A stretch of 64,000 nucleotides of DNA from an uncultured Gemmatimonadales bacterium (GTDB taxonomy: Bacteria; Gemmatimonadota; Gemmatimonadetes; Palauibacterales; Palauibacteraceae): positions 192,001 to 256,000 of the forward strand of contig CAWANJ010000006.1 in the NCBI GenBank assembly GCA_963783385.1, in the 5' to 3' direction. The notes beneath the pieces were generated by a model. It did not search any database. It had not been told where the DNA came from and saw only the letters and a list, made by a program, of their open reading frames with translations. The position numbers and the translations under genes are program-made. Positions 10,014-20,363 of the stretch are shown piece after piece; the first letter of the stretch is position 1; each line of letters begins with the position of its first letter.

Positions 10014-11206
10014 CGACCGCAGAGCGAAGCGTCCGACTCCGCCGCTGGCTCCGCACCGTCGGCTTCCTGGTGCGGAAGGAGTTCCTCCAGGTGTTCCGCG
10101 ACCGGGTGATGCTGTTCGAGATGATCGCGATCCCGATCATCCAGCTCCTCATCCTCTCCAACGCGGCGACCTTCGAGGTGCACGACAGCCGGGTGCACGC
10201 GGTGGACGAGTCGCGGACGGCCGAGTCCCGCGCCCTCGTGCGGCGAATCGGGGCCTCACGGTACTTCACGGTGGTCTCCAGCGATCCCTCCATGGCCGCG
10301 GCGGAGCGGGACCTCGCCACGGGGCGCGCCTCGGTGATCGTGCGGATCCCCCGGCGGTTCACCGATCGCCTCGCCGCCGGCCGGGTCGCCCCCGTACAGC
10401 TCGTCCTCGACGGCGTGGACGGCGCCACGGTCGGGGTGGTGCGCTCCTACCTGGGAGCCATCGTCGAGGGTTACGGCGCCGAGCTGGAGACGCGGACGGG
10501 CTCCGGCCGGCTCTCCCGGTCCGCGTCGGCGGCCGGCGGCGCGACCGCCGCCGGCCCCGGAACACCGCTCGCGATCCGCAGCCGCGGGCTGTTCAACCCG
10601 ACGCTGGACTACAAGAACTTCATCGTCCCGGGGATCCTGGTGCTGCTGGTCACCCTGATCGGAACCCTGATCACCTCCATGAACATCGCGCGCGAGAAGG
10701 AGATCGGCACCCTCGAGCAGCTCAACGTCACGCCGCTCCGCAAGAGCGAGTTCGTGGCGGGCAAGCTGGTGCCCTTCTGGATCATCGCCCTGGCCGAGCT
10801 GTCGGTGGGCCTCGTCATCGCCCGCCTCGTGTTCGCGCTGCCGGTGCGAGGGAACCTGCTCCTCCTGTTCGCCGCGGCCGGCCTCTACATGGTCGTGGCG
10901 CTCGGCGTGGGGCTGTGGATCTCCACGGTCGTCCAGACGCAGCAGCAGGCCATGTTCCTCACCTTCTTCGTGATGATGCTGTACGTGTTCATGAGCGGCT
11001 TCATGACGCCGATCGCGAGCATGCCAGGCTGGGCCCGCGTCCTCACCGAGCTCAACCCGGTCAAGCACTTCCTCATCATCATGCGGGGGATCCTGCTGAA
11101 GGGAGCCGGCCTCGCCGACCTGTGGCGGCCGCTGGTCGTGCTCGCCGTGATGGGCGTGACCGTGCTCAGCCTGGCGCTCCGGCAGTACTCGAAGACGACC
11201 GGGTGA
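10010..11206 (+). CDS. ABC-2 type permease (YbhR-like)
   Basis: VRKEFLQVFRD, AREKEIGTLEQLNVTP, MSGFMTPIASMP. Confidence 0.93.
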   Translation: MTTAERSVRLRRWLRTVGFLVRKEFLQVFRDRVMLFEMIAIPIIQLLILSNAATFEVHDSRVHAVDESRTAESRALVRRIGASRYFTVVSSDPSMAAAERDLATGRASVIVRIPRRFTDRLAAGRVAPVQLVLDGVDGATVGVVRSYLGAIVEGYGAELETRTGSGRLSRSASAAGGATAAGPGTPLAIRSRGLFNPTLDYKNFIVPGILVLLVTLIGTLITSMNIAREKEIGTLEQLNVTPLRKSEFVAGKLVPFWIIALAELSVGLVIARLVFALPVRGNLLLLFAAAGLYMVVALGVGLWISTVVQTQQQAMFLTFFVMMLYVFMSGFMTPIASMPGWARVLTELNPVKHFLIIMRGILLKGAGLADLWRPLVVLAVMGVTVLSLALRQYSKTTG

Positions 11207-11397
11207 GGAGAGGTCTCTCCACATCGGCGGCCGGCGTCCGCGTCGCGCTGCGGTGCACGGGCGCGGTTCGCACCGACGCCATCCACGACCGTCCGCCGCC
11301 CTTGCCCGGGGCCCGGGATGTGCCTAAGCTCTGTGACGATATAGAGTTTCGTGCGCAGAACATTGGTCCGTCCGTTCCCCGTGTCCGAGAGGAACCC

Positions 11398-12366
11398 ATG
11401 ACGCGCCCGCGTGCCCGACGCCCGTTCACCCTGCTCTCCGTGGCCTCCCTCGTCCTCCCGCTGGCCGTGGCCGGGAACGCAGCCGCCTGCGGGCCGGCCG
11501 ACCGCGGGGCGGCCGGGGGCCAGGAAGCCTCCGCCGCGGCCTCCCCGGCCGACGGCGCCATCCAGGTGGTGGCCCGCGACTACGCCCTCGAGGCGCCCGA
11601 CTCGATCCCCTCGGGCTGGGTGACGTTCCGGTTCGAGAACCAGGGGAAGGAGACACACTTCTTCGTGCTGCACCACCTGCCCGAGGGCAAGACGATGCAG
11701 GACTACATCGCCGGCGCGGCCCCCCCGTTCGACAGCGCCATGAAGCTCCTCCAGGCCGGCGGCACGAAGGCGGACGCGGGGCAGGTGCTGGCCGAGGGGC
11801 TGCCGGCCTGGTTCGCGGACCTGCGCGAGATGGGCGGAGCGGGTCTCACGGCTCCCGGTTCCAGCGTGCGGTTCACCGAGAAGCTCCCGGCCGGCCACTA
11901 CCTGCTGGAGTGCTACGTCAAGAACGCGGAGGGCACGTTCCACTCGGGGCTCGGGATGCTGCGCGCCCTGACCGTGACCGACGCGTCGTCCGCGGGCGAG
12001 CCACCCAGCGCGGACCTGGACGTCACGCTCTCCGGCCAGGGCATCGAGGTCCGGGGCACGCCCACGGCGGGCGCGCACGTGGTCGCGGTCCACTACGGCG
12101 AGCAGCCAGCTGGCCTGGTGGGTTACGACCTCCACCTGGCGCGCCTGGAGGAAGGCCAGACCGTGGAGAAGCTGGTGCCCTGGATGGACTGGATGAACGT
12201 CGGCGGGATGAAGGTCCCGGCACCGGCCACCTTCCTGGGCGGCGTGCAGGAGATGCCGGCGGGGAACACGGCCTACGTGCACGTGACCCTGACGCCGGGC
12301 CGCTACGCCTGGATCTCGGAGCTGGGGGCCGACCAGGGGCTGGTGAAGCCGTTCACGGTGGAGTGA
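11398..12366 (+). CDS. Putative lipoprotein with two cupredoxin-like domains
   Basis: RBS GAGGA, signal peptide ending AAAC. Domain 1 has His (ETHFF) and C-x9-H-x4-M (CYVKNAEGTFHSGLGM); domain 2 has LTPGRYAW without these ligands. Confidence 0.65.
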   Translation: MTRPRARRPFTLLSVASLVLPLAVAGNAAACGPADRGAAGGQEASAAASPADGAIQVVARDYALEAPDSIPSGWVTFRFENQGKETHFFVLHHLPEGKTMQDYIAGAAPPFDSAMKLLQAGGTKADAGQVLAEGLPAWFADLREMGGAGLTAPGSSVRFTEKLPAGHYLLECYVKNAEGTFHSGLGMLRALTVTDASSAGEPPSADLDVTLSGQGIEVRGTPTAGAHVVAVHYGEQPAGLVGYDLHLARLEEGQTVEKLVPWMDWMNVGGMKVPAPATFLGGVQEMPAGNTAYVHVTLTPGRYAWISELGADQGLVKPFTVE

Positions 12367-12417
12367 CGTGACGGGCGGCGGCGCGGTCCCCGAGGCTCCT
12401 CCGGGACCGCGCCCGCC

Positions 12418-13560
12418 CTACAGGTCCAGGTAGCCGTTCGGGGCCAGAGAGGTCGCCAGCATCACGGCGTTGATGTCCCGGTGGCCGGTCCAGGTCTCGG
12501 CCTCGCGGTGGCGGGCGTCGACCCAGAAGGACTCGATCTCGCCACGGAGCGGCACGTGCCGGACCAGGGACTCGAGCACCGGCCCCGCAAGCCGGATGGA
12601 GCCCGCCTTCACGTCCCGTGCGATGCGGGACACGGCGGCCAGCCCGATCGACAGCCCCAGCTCCCGGAAGGGCAGGCGGGTCCACGCGCCCGCCCGCAGG
12701 GTCCTCGACCGTCCGAACGCGTCCAGGCTCCAGCGTGCCTGGTCCAGCACGGAGGCCAGGAGGGCTCGCTCGCGCCGCCGGCCCGCCTCGGAGAGCTGGA
12801 CCAGACGCCAGGCGTCCGTCAGGAGACCGCCGATCCCGAGGGCGTCCGCGGTGGCCCACGCGCCGTCCCGGCACAGCTCCTCCAGCTCGGACACCTCCCG
12901 CAGGAGGACCGGTCGTCCTTCGGGTGCCATCACCTGGAGCGCGCTCAGGGTGACGAACCCGTCCAGCGCATCGTGCTGGCCCGCGGACGTGACGATCGGC
13001 CGGGAGAGGTCGACGCTCATCTTCCAGTGAATGTGGGACGGAGCGCCCTCGCCCGGCGCATGGACGAAGGCGCGGAAGGCGACCTCCGCCAGCTCCACCG
13101 CCCACGCGTGGAAGCGGGGCTCGCCGGTGACCCGCCACAGGCGGCCCAGCGCCCACATCCACCGGGTCAGGTAGTGGAAGTACTGGCCGTCCCGGTCCCA
13201 TTCGGCCTCGGCGTCGTAGGGCTCGTAGGGGCCGCGCTCGGGGTGCCGCTTGCCGATGCGGAGGCCACCCGCCGTCGGGCGCTGCTCCGCCTCGTCTCCC
13301 TCCAGGCCGCTGATCCATCCCTGGCGGCGACCGTCCGGCCGGTGCCGACCGAGGACGTGGTGGACCTGGTCCACCAGCCGGACGGCCAGCCCGAGCAGGC
13401 GGTCGTCGCCGGTGGCCTCGGCCAATCCCAGGTAGTTGCACACCGCGAACGCGTCCGTCCACAGGTAGCGACGGGGCTCCCCCTCGGGCTCGAGCCCGGT
13501 GGAGCGCGCGAACCACTCCATGATCCGCCTCGCCCCGGAGAGTCGGTCGGACTGGCTCAT
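12418..13560 (-). CDS. Conserved hypothetical protein (RRYLWTDAF / DGQYFHYLTRW family; possibly an alpha/alpha-barrel)
   Basis: Intact 380-aa ORF with RBS and recognisable conserved blocks including GGLRIGK, WKMSVDLSRP and HRDINAVMLATSL. Confidence 0.75.
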   Translation of the reverse strand: MSQSDRLSGARRIMEWFARSTGLEPEGEPRRYLWTDAFAVCNYLGLAEATGDDRLLGLAVRLVDQVHHVLGRHRPDGRRQGWISGLEGDEAEQRPTAGGLRIGKRHPERGPYEPYDAEAEWDRDGQYFHYLTRWMWALGRLWRVTGEPRFHAWAVELAEVAFRAFVHAPGEGAPSHIHWKMSVDLSRPIVTSAGQHDALDGFVTLSALQVMAPEGRPVLLREVSELEELCRDGAWATADALGIGGLLTDAWRLVQLSEAGRRRERALLASVLDQARWSLDAFGRSRTLRAGAWTRLPFRELGLSIGLAAVSRIARDVKAGSIRLAGPVLESLVRHVPLRGEIESFWVDARHREAETWTGHRDINAVMLATSLAPNGYLDL

Positions 13561-13665
13561 GTCACCTCCCGCTGGTCCGGCGCCGCGCCGGCTGGACCGG
13601 CAGCCTGCACCGGAAAATACGGGCCGGAGGCTGATGGCGGGCGGGTGCCGTCCCGGCGCCGGCTC

Positions 13666-14300
13666 TCAGTCGGTCGAGCCGAGCAGCGCCTCCAGCAACG
13701 CCCGAGCGGCCCGGAGCTCGTCGCGGTTGATGGTGTGGCCGAGACCCGGGTAGACCCGCAGGTCGACCTCCGCCCCACGTTCCCGGAGGACCCGGGCGGA
13801 CTCCTCCAGGCGCTCTCGCGGAATGTGCGGGTCGGGGTCCCCGCAGCCCAGGAACAGGGGCGTGCCCTCCAGGTCCCCCCGAAATCCCAGCGCGTGCTCG
13901 GCGGCCCGATGAGGCCCGCGGACAGCCCGACGATCGCCCCGTAGCGGCGGGCGTTCCGCACCGCGTACTCGAGCGCGAGGCAGCCCCCCTGCGAGAAACC
14001 CAGGAGAAGCTGGCGCTCGGCCGGCACGCCGCGGTCCTCCAGCTCGGCCACCACCGCCCCGAGGAGAGCCAGCGCGGAGGAGAGGTGGGGCTCGTTGGCC
14101 TCGAGGGGAGCGATGAAGGACAGGGGGTACCAGGTCGATCCGGCCGCCTCCGGAGCCGCGAACGTCACCCCCGGCGCGTCCAGCTCGCGGCGCAGACCCA
14201 GCATGTCCTCGGCCCGGCCGCCGCGGCCGTGACACAGCACGACGGCCGCCGCCGCCGCGGGTGACTCTCCGGCCAGGAGGACCCGGGGCGGCGCGTGCGG
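13666..14300 (-). CDS. Phospholipase/carboxylesterase alpha/beta hydrolase (frameshifted; start uncertain)
   Basis: HGRGG, nucleophile GFSQG; DPHIP and YPGLGHTINRDE lie in the second frame. Confidence 0.85.
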
Positions 14301-14473
14301 TCCCTCGAGGCTGTGATGGATCTTCAGGAGGTCGTGTCCGTCGACGGCCAGCGCAGTCTCCGGGTCAAGGAAATCGAGGCCGGCTCTCAGCCATGGAAGA
14401 AACGGACCACGGGAGCCCCGTCATCTCCCGCGGAGCGGCGCCTCCAGCCGCACCCCGGACCGGTAGGAGGCGG

Positions 14474-15541
14474 CTACCAGCGCAGGGTGCCCCCGAACCC
14501 GACCGTCAGATAGCCGAGCGGGTGATCGGTGCCCCCCGACCGGCTGAGGTTCGAGTCCCAGCGCGCCTCCGCGCGAACGCCCACGGCGGACCGACGCGGC
14601 TGCCAGCGCAGGCCGCCCCCCACGGAGTAGCCCAGGAGATCGAGCGAAGTCCCGAAATAGTCGGAGCGCCACGCGTAGAGGCCGAGACCTCCGACCGCGT
14701 AGGGGCGTAGATCCGCGTGCAGGGGATCGAGCTGCGCCGCCCCACCCACGTGCCAGACGCTCTCCCCGACCGGCACCTGCTCCGGGCAGAACGTGACGGT
14801 GTCGGGGACGGCCCCCGACGGGCTCCTGACGGGAGGCTGACATCGGACGAAGCCCTGGCGAAGGTTCGTCCCGAGGCCGTGCCAACCCACGTCGGGACCC
14901 ACGGCGACGGGGCCGAACGTGGCCATGTACGAGAGGTCGCCGCCGAGCCCCGAACCGCCGGCCCGACTTCCGAGCCGGGACCACGCACCGGTGGCAGCAA
15001 GCTCCCCGATCCGGGCCGGGGCGGCGGCGCCCGGCTCCACCCACCGGGGGATCGTCGAGCCCACCACGGCGCCGAGGGCCGCTCCTCCCCCTCCCCCGGC
15101 CAGGAGACCGAGCCCGGCGCCGACCAGGACATCGGTGCCCGTGCTCGCGCAGCTGTCGGTCTCGCACAGGGCCGCGACCACCAGGCCAATGAGGCCTCCG
15201 CCGATCGTCCCCCCGATCCCGCCCGCGATGAGCCCGACCTTGAGCCCCGTTCCCGTGGAGCGGCCGCGGGCGGAGAGGTGGTTGACGGCATCGAGCGGCA
15301 CGGCCGCCGCCCGGCCCTCGAGCCGGAGCCCGGCGCCGTCCACGCCAGTGAGCCGCCCCGTGAGGACGTTTCCGGTACGCAGCCCCAGCCGTACCGGCGT
15401 GCGCGGCGCGAGGCGGGCCGCGGCGGCCCGGAGCGAGTCGGCGCGAGGCCTGGCCTGGGCCGTGACGACCGAGCCCGGGAGTGCGCACAGCACGGCGAAG
15501 AAAGCTGCGCACCCGAGCCCACCGTTGCAGCGTCGACCCAT
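14474..15541 (-). CDS. Hypothetical exported protein with Gly-zipper segment and C-terminal outer-membrane beta-barrel
   Basis: Signal peptide, Gly-rich GLIAGGIGG segment, barrel-like strands (PYAVGGLGLY) and terminal LRW. Confidence 0.6.
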   Translation of the reverse strand: MGRRCNGGLGCAAFFAVLCALPGSVVTAQARPRADSLRAAAARLAPRTPVRLGLRTGNVLTGRLTGVDGAGLRLEGRAAAVPLDAVNHLSARGRSTGTGLKVGLIAGGIGGTIGGGLIGLVVAALCETDSCASTGTDVLVGAGLGLLAGGGGGAALGAVVGSTIPRWVEPGAAAPARIGELAATGAWSRLGSRAGGSGLGGDLSYMATFGPVAVGPDVGWHGLGTNLRQGFVRCQPPVRSPSGAVPDTVTFCPEQVPVGESVWHVGGAAQLDPLHADLRPYAVGGLGLYAWRSDYFGTSLDLLGYSVGGGLRWQPRRSAVGVRAEARWDSNLSRSGGTDHPLGYLTVGFGGTLRW

Positions 15542-15590
15542 CCGGTCCCCCTCCTGGCGCGTCAGCTGCCCGATCTTCCTCTCGGCACCC

Positions 15591-15839
15591 TCACGGCCTC
15601 CCGATCCCCGAGGTCCCGGCCGAAGCGGGTGCCTGCTCGCGAGCCACCAGGAGGCGCCCGGCGACTCCGGCCAGGAAGGGGAAGGGCAGGTACCGCATCA
15701 GGAACAGGATCGCCCGGCGCGGAGTTCCCCGGGTCGCCAGGGCCGCGGACCCCAGCCACAGGACCGCCGACACGAGCTGTCCGGCGAACCCGCCCGGAAA
15801 GGTGCGCCGAACGTCACGCTGGGCCTCGGCGATGTCCAT
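15591..15839 (-). pseudogene. Truncated membrane protein gene (DUF7010-like N-terminus)
   Basis: RBS GGAGG; MDIAEAQRDVRRTFPGGFAGQLVSAVLWLGSAAL, after which similarity appears to be lost. Family assignment is from memory. Confidence 0.4.
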
Positions 15840-16000
15840 GCGATCCTCCCTCGCTGTGGTACCGGTCAGTGGAGCGTCCCCTCGTAGGAGAGCTCGCCAA
15901 CGTGTCCTGTGGACCCGGGCACGGCACCCGCATGGCTACTGGCGGAACTTTTTCCGACCCCCTAGAGTGGCTGTCACCCCCCGAAGAAGGCACGGTCCGC

Positions 16001-17998
16001 ATGCCCAACGCCCGTCACACGTTCGTGATCCTCGCGGCTCTCTGCGTCTGGTCGAGCCTCCCCCTCTCCGTGCATGCCCAATCCACGTACACGCCCCGGC
16101 AGGCCACGGCGGGGCGGCGCGTGTACGGGGCCTACTGCGCCAACTGCCACGGGGCCGAGCTCGAGGGAGCCGTGGGCCCCGCGCTCGCGGGAGCTCGCTT
16201 CCTCCACGATTGGAGCGACAAGGGCGCCCGGCATCTGTTCGAGGTGCTGCGCACGACCATGCCCAAGCCGGCGTCCGGGTCGCTCTCCGACTCGGCCTAC
16301 GTCGACGTGTTCGCCTACGTGCTGTCGCGCAACGGCGTGCCGGCCAGCGCCGAGCCGCTCGACGGCTCGGAAGCCCGCCTCGACTCCATCGACCTGACGG
16401 CGCTGGCCTCCGCCGCGGGCCCGGCCCCGACACCTCCGCCGGCGTTCATCGCCGGGAAGCGGGCCCGCCCCAGGGCACGGGACCGAGCCAGGAGGAGCTC
16501 GCTCACCCGGACAGCGGCGACTGGCTGTATCACACGGGGAGCATACGCCGGGACCCGGTACTCGCCGCTCTCCCAGATCTCGACGTCCAACGTGAGCCGG
16601 CTGGGCGTCGTGTGCGCCTACCAGATGGGGGTCCCGGAGACCTTCTACGCCGGCCCCATCGAGTACCACGGGGTCCTGTATCTCTCGACGTCCAGCGTGA
16701 CCGTGGCGCTCGACGCAGCCACCTGCCGGGAGCGCTGGCGCCACGTGTGGCAGCCCCGGGACAAGGCTCTGTGGCAGAACAACCGTGGCGTGGCCATCGA
16801 GAACGGCTACGTCGTCCTGCGGAACGGCCGACGGGTATCTCGTGGCCCTGGACGCCGCCGACGGCGAGCTGCTGTGGGCCCGGCAGGTGGCCCACCCCGA
16901 CAGCGGCGAGACCATCACCATGCCGCCCCTGATCTACGGGGACCTCGTCCTCATCGGGCCGGCGGGAAGCGAGAACAACGTGCAGGGCTGGATCGGCGCG
17001 TTCCGCCTGGAGGACGGGACGCCCGTGTGGCGCTTCAACACGGTCCCGCGGGCGGGCGAGCCCGGAGCCGAGACCTGGAAGAGGATGCCGGGTATCGCCG
17101 CGGGGGGCGGGGCCGTGTGGACGCCGCTGTCGCTCGACCCGGCTCGTGGCATCGTGTACGTGCCGGTGACCAACCCGGCCCCGGACCTCGCAGAGCGCCT
17201 CCGCCCGGGGGCGCAACCTGTACACCAACTCCCTCGTGGCGCTCGACGTCCATTCCGGCAAGCTGCTCTGGTACGAGCAGCTGGTCCCGAGCGATTTCCA
17301 CGACTGGGACCTCACCCAGGTGAGCCCGCTGATCCGCGCCGAAGGTCGGAGGCTCCGAGCGCGACCTGGTGTTCGCGAGCGGCAAGGATGGTCTCCTGCG
17401 CGCCGTTGACCGCACGACCCACGAGCGTCTGTGGGAGACGCCGGTCACCACGCGGCGCAACGTGGACGCCCCCCTGACCCCGGAGGGAACGGTCGCGTGT
17501 CCCGGAATACTGGGCGGGGTGGAGTGGAACGGACCGTCCTACGATCCCGGGACCGGCCTCCTGTTCGTGCCAGCGGTGGATTGGTGCTGGAAGTTCGCCA
17601 CCCTTCCCGAGGACTCGGTCCGCGTCGTGCCGGGCGAGATGTACCTGGGTGGAACCGCCACACCCACGCCCGACGCGACGGGGTGGCTCACCGCGGTCAA
17701 CGTCCATGATGGAAGCGTGCGCTGGCGCTACCATTCGTCGATGCCGATGGTCGCCGCCGTGACCACGACCGGGGGCGGGCTGGTGCTCACCGGGGAGCAG
17801 ACGGGCGACTTCCTGGCCTTCGACGCCGCCACGGGCAAGGAGCTGTACCGGTTCTACGCGGGCGGCGGGCTGTTCGGCGGCATTGTGACCTACGAAACCG
17901 GGGGGAGGCAGTACATCGCCGCGACCACCGGGGGCGGCTCGTTGACCTTCGGCTCCAGCGGCTCGGCGACGCTGTTCATCTTCGCCCTGCCTCAATGA
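16001..17998 (+). CDS. PQQ-dependent dehydrogenase with N-terminal cytochrome c domain (several frameshifts)
   Basis: Signal peptide; CANCHG heme motif with distal Met (TTMP); RYSPLSQI, NNRGVA, GGGAVW, LYTNSLVALD, DFHDWDL, CPGILGGVEW, GGRQYIA. Confidence 0.88.
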
Positions 17999-18069
17999 CC
18001 CCGGCTGGACTCGAACCAGCGGCCTCGGGATTAGGAATCCCGCGCTCTATCCACCTGAGCTACGGGGTC
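17996..18069 (-). tRNA. tRNA-Arg(CCT)
   Basis: GACCCCG TAGCTCAGGTGGATAGAGC...CGGGA-TTCCTAA-TCCCG...GGTTCGAGTCC...CGGGGTC A; CCA not encoded. Confidence 0.96.
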
Positions 18070-18194
18070 GGGGGTCGGCGAGGAAGGTAATACGTCCGCC
18101 GCCCCCGCGCGTGCCACGCCGGGCCGCGCTTCCCGACTCGCGCCGGCCGGTCGGCGGCGCGGCGACGTCCGGGGTCCAGGGGGCCGCACCCCCG

Positions 18195-18668
18195 CTACAG
18201 CTGCACCGTCGCCGCCCGCTTCAGCAGCGAGACCTGGCCCAGGTGATAGAGGGTGTGCTGCACGACACCGTGCAGCATGTAGCCGATGGTGTACGTCTGC
18301 CCGGGCGCGGTGCGGTCCAGGTCTTCCGGCTCGAGCGCCGAGGCGGCCTGCTGCAGGGCGGCGTGCACGCGCTCCAGCTCGGCCACCGTCTCCTCCCAGG
18401 CCGCCTCGTCCGAGGCGCCCACCGGAGGCCAGTCCTGCTCGGCCGTGGTCACCCAGGCCGCATCGCCCTGCGCCCGGCGCCGGACCGCGTCCTCCCATAC
18501 GGTGACGTGCAGGAGGATCTCCCAGATGGAATGCCGGCCCGGGATGGGCCGCGCCGAGGCGACCCTCGCGTCCACGCCCTCCAGGATCTCTCGCACGGGC
18601 GGCCCGAGCCAAAGGGGCCCCTCGAAGCTGCCGCGCAGTTCCTCCAGGATACGGCTCTTCTCATCCAT
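18195..18668 (-). CDS. DinB family protein
   Basis: HSIWEILLHVTVWE and VVQHTLYHLGQV His motifs; RBS GGAGG. Confidence 0.9.
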   Translation of the reverse strand: MDEKSRILEELRGSFEGPLWLGPPVREILEGVDARVASARPIPGRHSIWEILLHVTVWEDAVRRRAQGDAAWVTTAEQDWPPVGASDEAAWEETVAELERVHAALQQAASALEPEDLDRTAPGQTYTIGYMLHGVVQHTLYHLGQVSLLKRAATVQL

Positions 18669-18903
18669 GCCGGCCTCCCATCCCGGGCTGGGGCGCACCT
18701 GGCGCCGGAGACCCCCACGCTAGGGCGGGGTGAGGTTCCCGGGAAGGGCAGGGGCGGGTGACGTGGGCAGGCCATGGGCGGGACTCCGGCGCGCATCCAC
18801 GGGGCGCGCGAGGCGACGCGGTGCCCCGCGTCGCGGCGTCTCCGCGGGGACGCGCGTTGGCGCGAACCGTCCAGGAGAAGACGGATTCGCGCCACTGAAC
18901 CGA

Positions 18904-19711
18904 TCAGCCCGAGCTGTCGCTCGACGCGGAGCCGGTGGCACCACGCCGACCCGGCACCGACCGCCCCACCCACGATCGCCTCGGGCTTCACGGCGACGAT
19001 GAAGGCGCCGCGCTCCGGGTCGGGCCGACCGCTGCCGAGCACCACGGTCTTGCCGATCGGCACGGTGAGCGAGGTGGCGAGGATCTGTCCGAAGGCATGC
19101 GACTCCAGGTCGACGCGCAGGTCCGCCTCGCCCCCGCCCCCGACCCTGCGCACCCGGTCGAGCCACACGTTGAGCGAGATGGAGCGCCCGTCCACGAGGA
19201 GCTTCGCCGACGACATGCCCCCACTGGCGGCGGTCACCTCCGCCTGGTCGAGCAGACGATAGCCCTGGTAGCGGAACAGCCCGCGCAGCAGCGAGTCCAG
19301 GGAGGCGATGCGGGGATCGGGCTTCCCGGCCCCGTCGGCCTCGATGAGCTGGAAGCGGAGCCTCAGGTTGGGAACGGGGCGGTCGTACCGGCTCAGCACG
19401 CTGTCGATGCGGGCCACGTTCTCGGGCGTCTCGCGGATGGTGAGGCCGTCCCGGAAGGTGCTGATCGAGCCCGGCGCGTCCTTCCGCCCGGCGTACACGT
19501 ACGGCTCCACGATCTTCGCCGCTTCGTCGGGGCGCAGGTACTGGAGGCGGAAGGTCCGGGTCTCCAGGGAGGGCGCGCGGTCCTGGCAGCCCGCCGCCGC
19601 GCCGCCGGCCACTAGCGCCAGCACGAGCGCCGGCAGAAGCCCCGCCCGCAGCCGCCCAGGCGTCGCCCGCGGCCGACGAACACTCATCCGACCACTCACT
19701 CGCCTGTCCAT
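18904..19711 (-). CDS. Lipoprotein with secretin N-terminal-like domain (3' end uncertain, likely frameshift)
   Basis: Lipobox AAGC; TRTFRLQYLRPDEAAKIVEP...LTIRETPENVARIDSVLSRYDRP resembles a secretin N domain; no secretin pore domain follows. Confidence 0.65.
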
Positions 19712-19715
19712 GACC

Positions 19716-20363
19716 TCAACCTCCCTTGGGAGTAGGAAAGAACCACACGACGGCGACCGAGGGGTCGCGCGTCTGGAACACGGCCACCCGAGCGTCCGCC
19801 GGCACCCGCACCCGGAGCTCGGGCCCGGCCCGGCCCCGGGCGGCTGCCGGCCCCGGAAGTCCCGCGGCGGGCGCCGTTCGGCCTCCGGTGTCGGCCACCG
19901 GTCCTCGTGCGGCCCGGCCCGGGCGGCCTCCGCCGGATCCGGTCCCGCCGCCCCGCGGCCACGCCAGGACCAGCACGGCCAGCGCCGCCGCCACGGCCAC
20001 AGGAGCGGTGAGCCTCCACAGCCGCTGCCAGCGCGCGTCTCCGGAGACGCCGGCCGCCAGGCCGCGCGGAACGCGCGCGCCATCCTCCGGGCCGCGCGCG
20101 CCACCACCGCGCTCGGCGGGGGCGCGTGCGCTCGCGGGCCGTTCCATTTCCGCCCCTTCCCGGCTCCGCCCGGCCTCCGCCATCGGCCCGGCGAGCGCCG
20201 CCAGGGCATCGTCCAGCGCGCGGAGCTCGGCGACCAGCGTCGCGGCTCGCCGCCGGCAATCCGGACAGGCCCGCAGGTGCGCCGCCAGGGCGGAGTCTCC
20301 GCGGCCCTCCAGCGCGTCCGGGTCGCACTCCAGCATCGCCTCGCGGGCGGCTTCACACTCCAC
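19716..20363 (-). CDS. zf-HC2 (ZAS) anti-sigma factor
   Basis: MECEAAREAM...HLRACPDC (H-x3-C-x2-C), one TM helix, directly downstream of the ECF sigma gene. Confidence 0.8.
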   Translation of the reverse strand: MECEAAREAMLECDPDALEGRGDSALAAHLRACPDCRRRAATLVAELRALDDALAALAGPMAEAGRSREGAEMERPASARAPAERGGGARGPEDGARVPRGLAAGVSGDARWQRLWRLTAPVAVAAALAVLVLAWPRGGGTGSGGGRPGRAARGPVADTGGRTAPAAGLPGPAAARGRAGPELRVRVPADARVAVFQTRDPSVAVVWFFPTPKGG

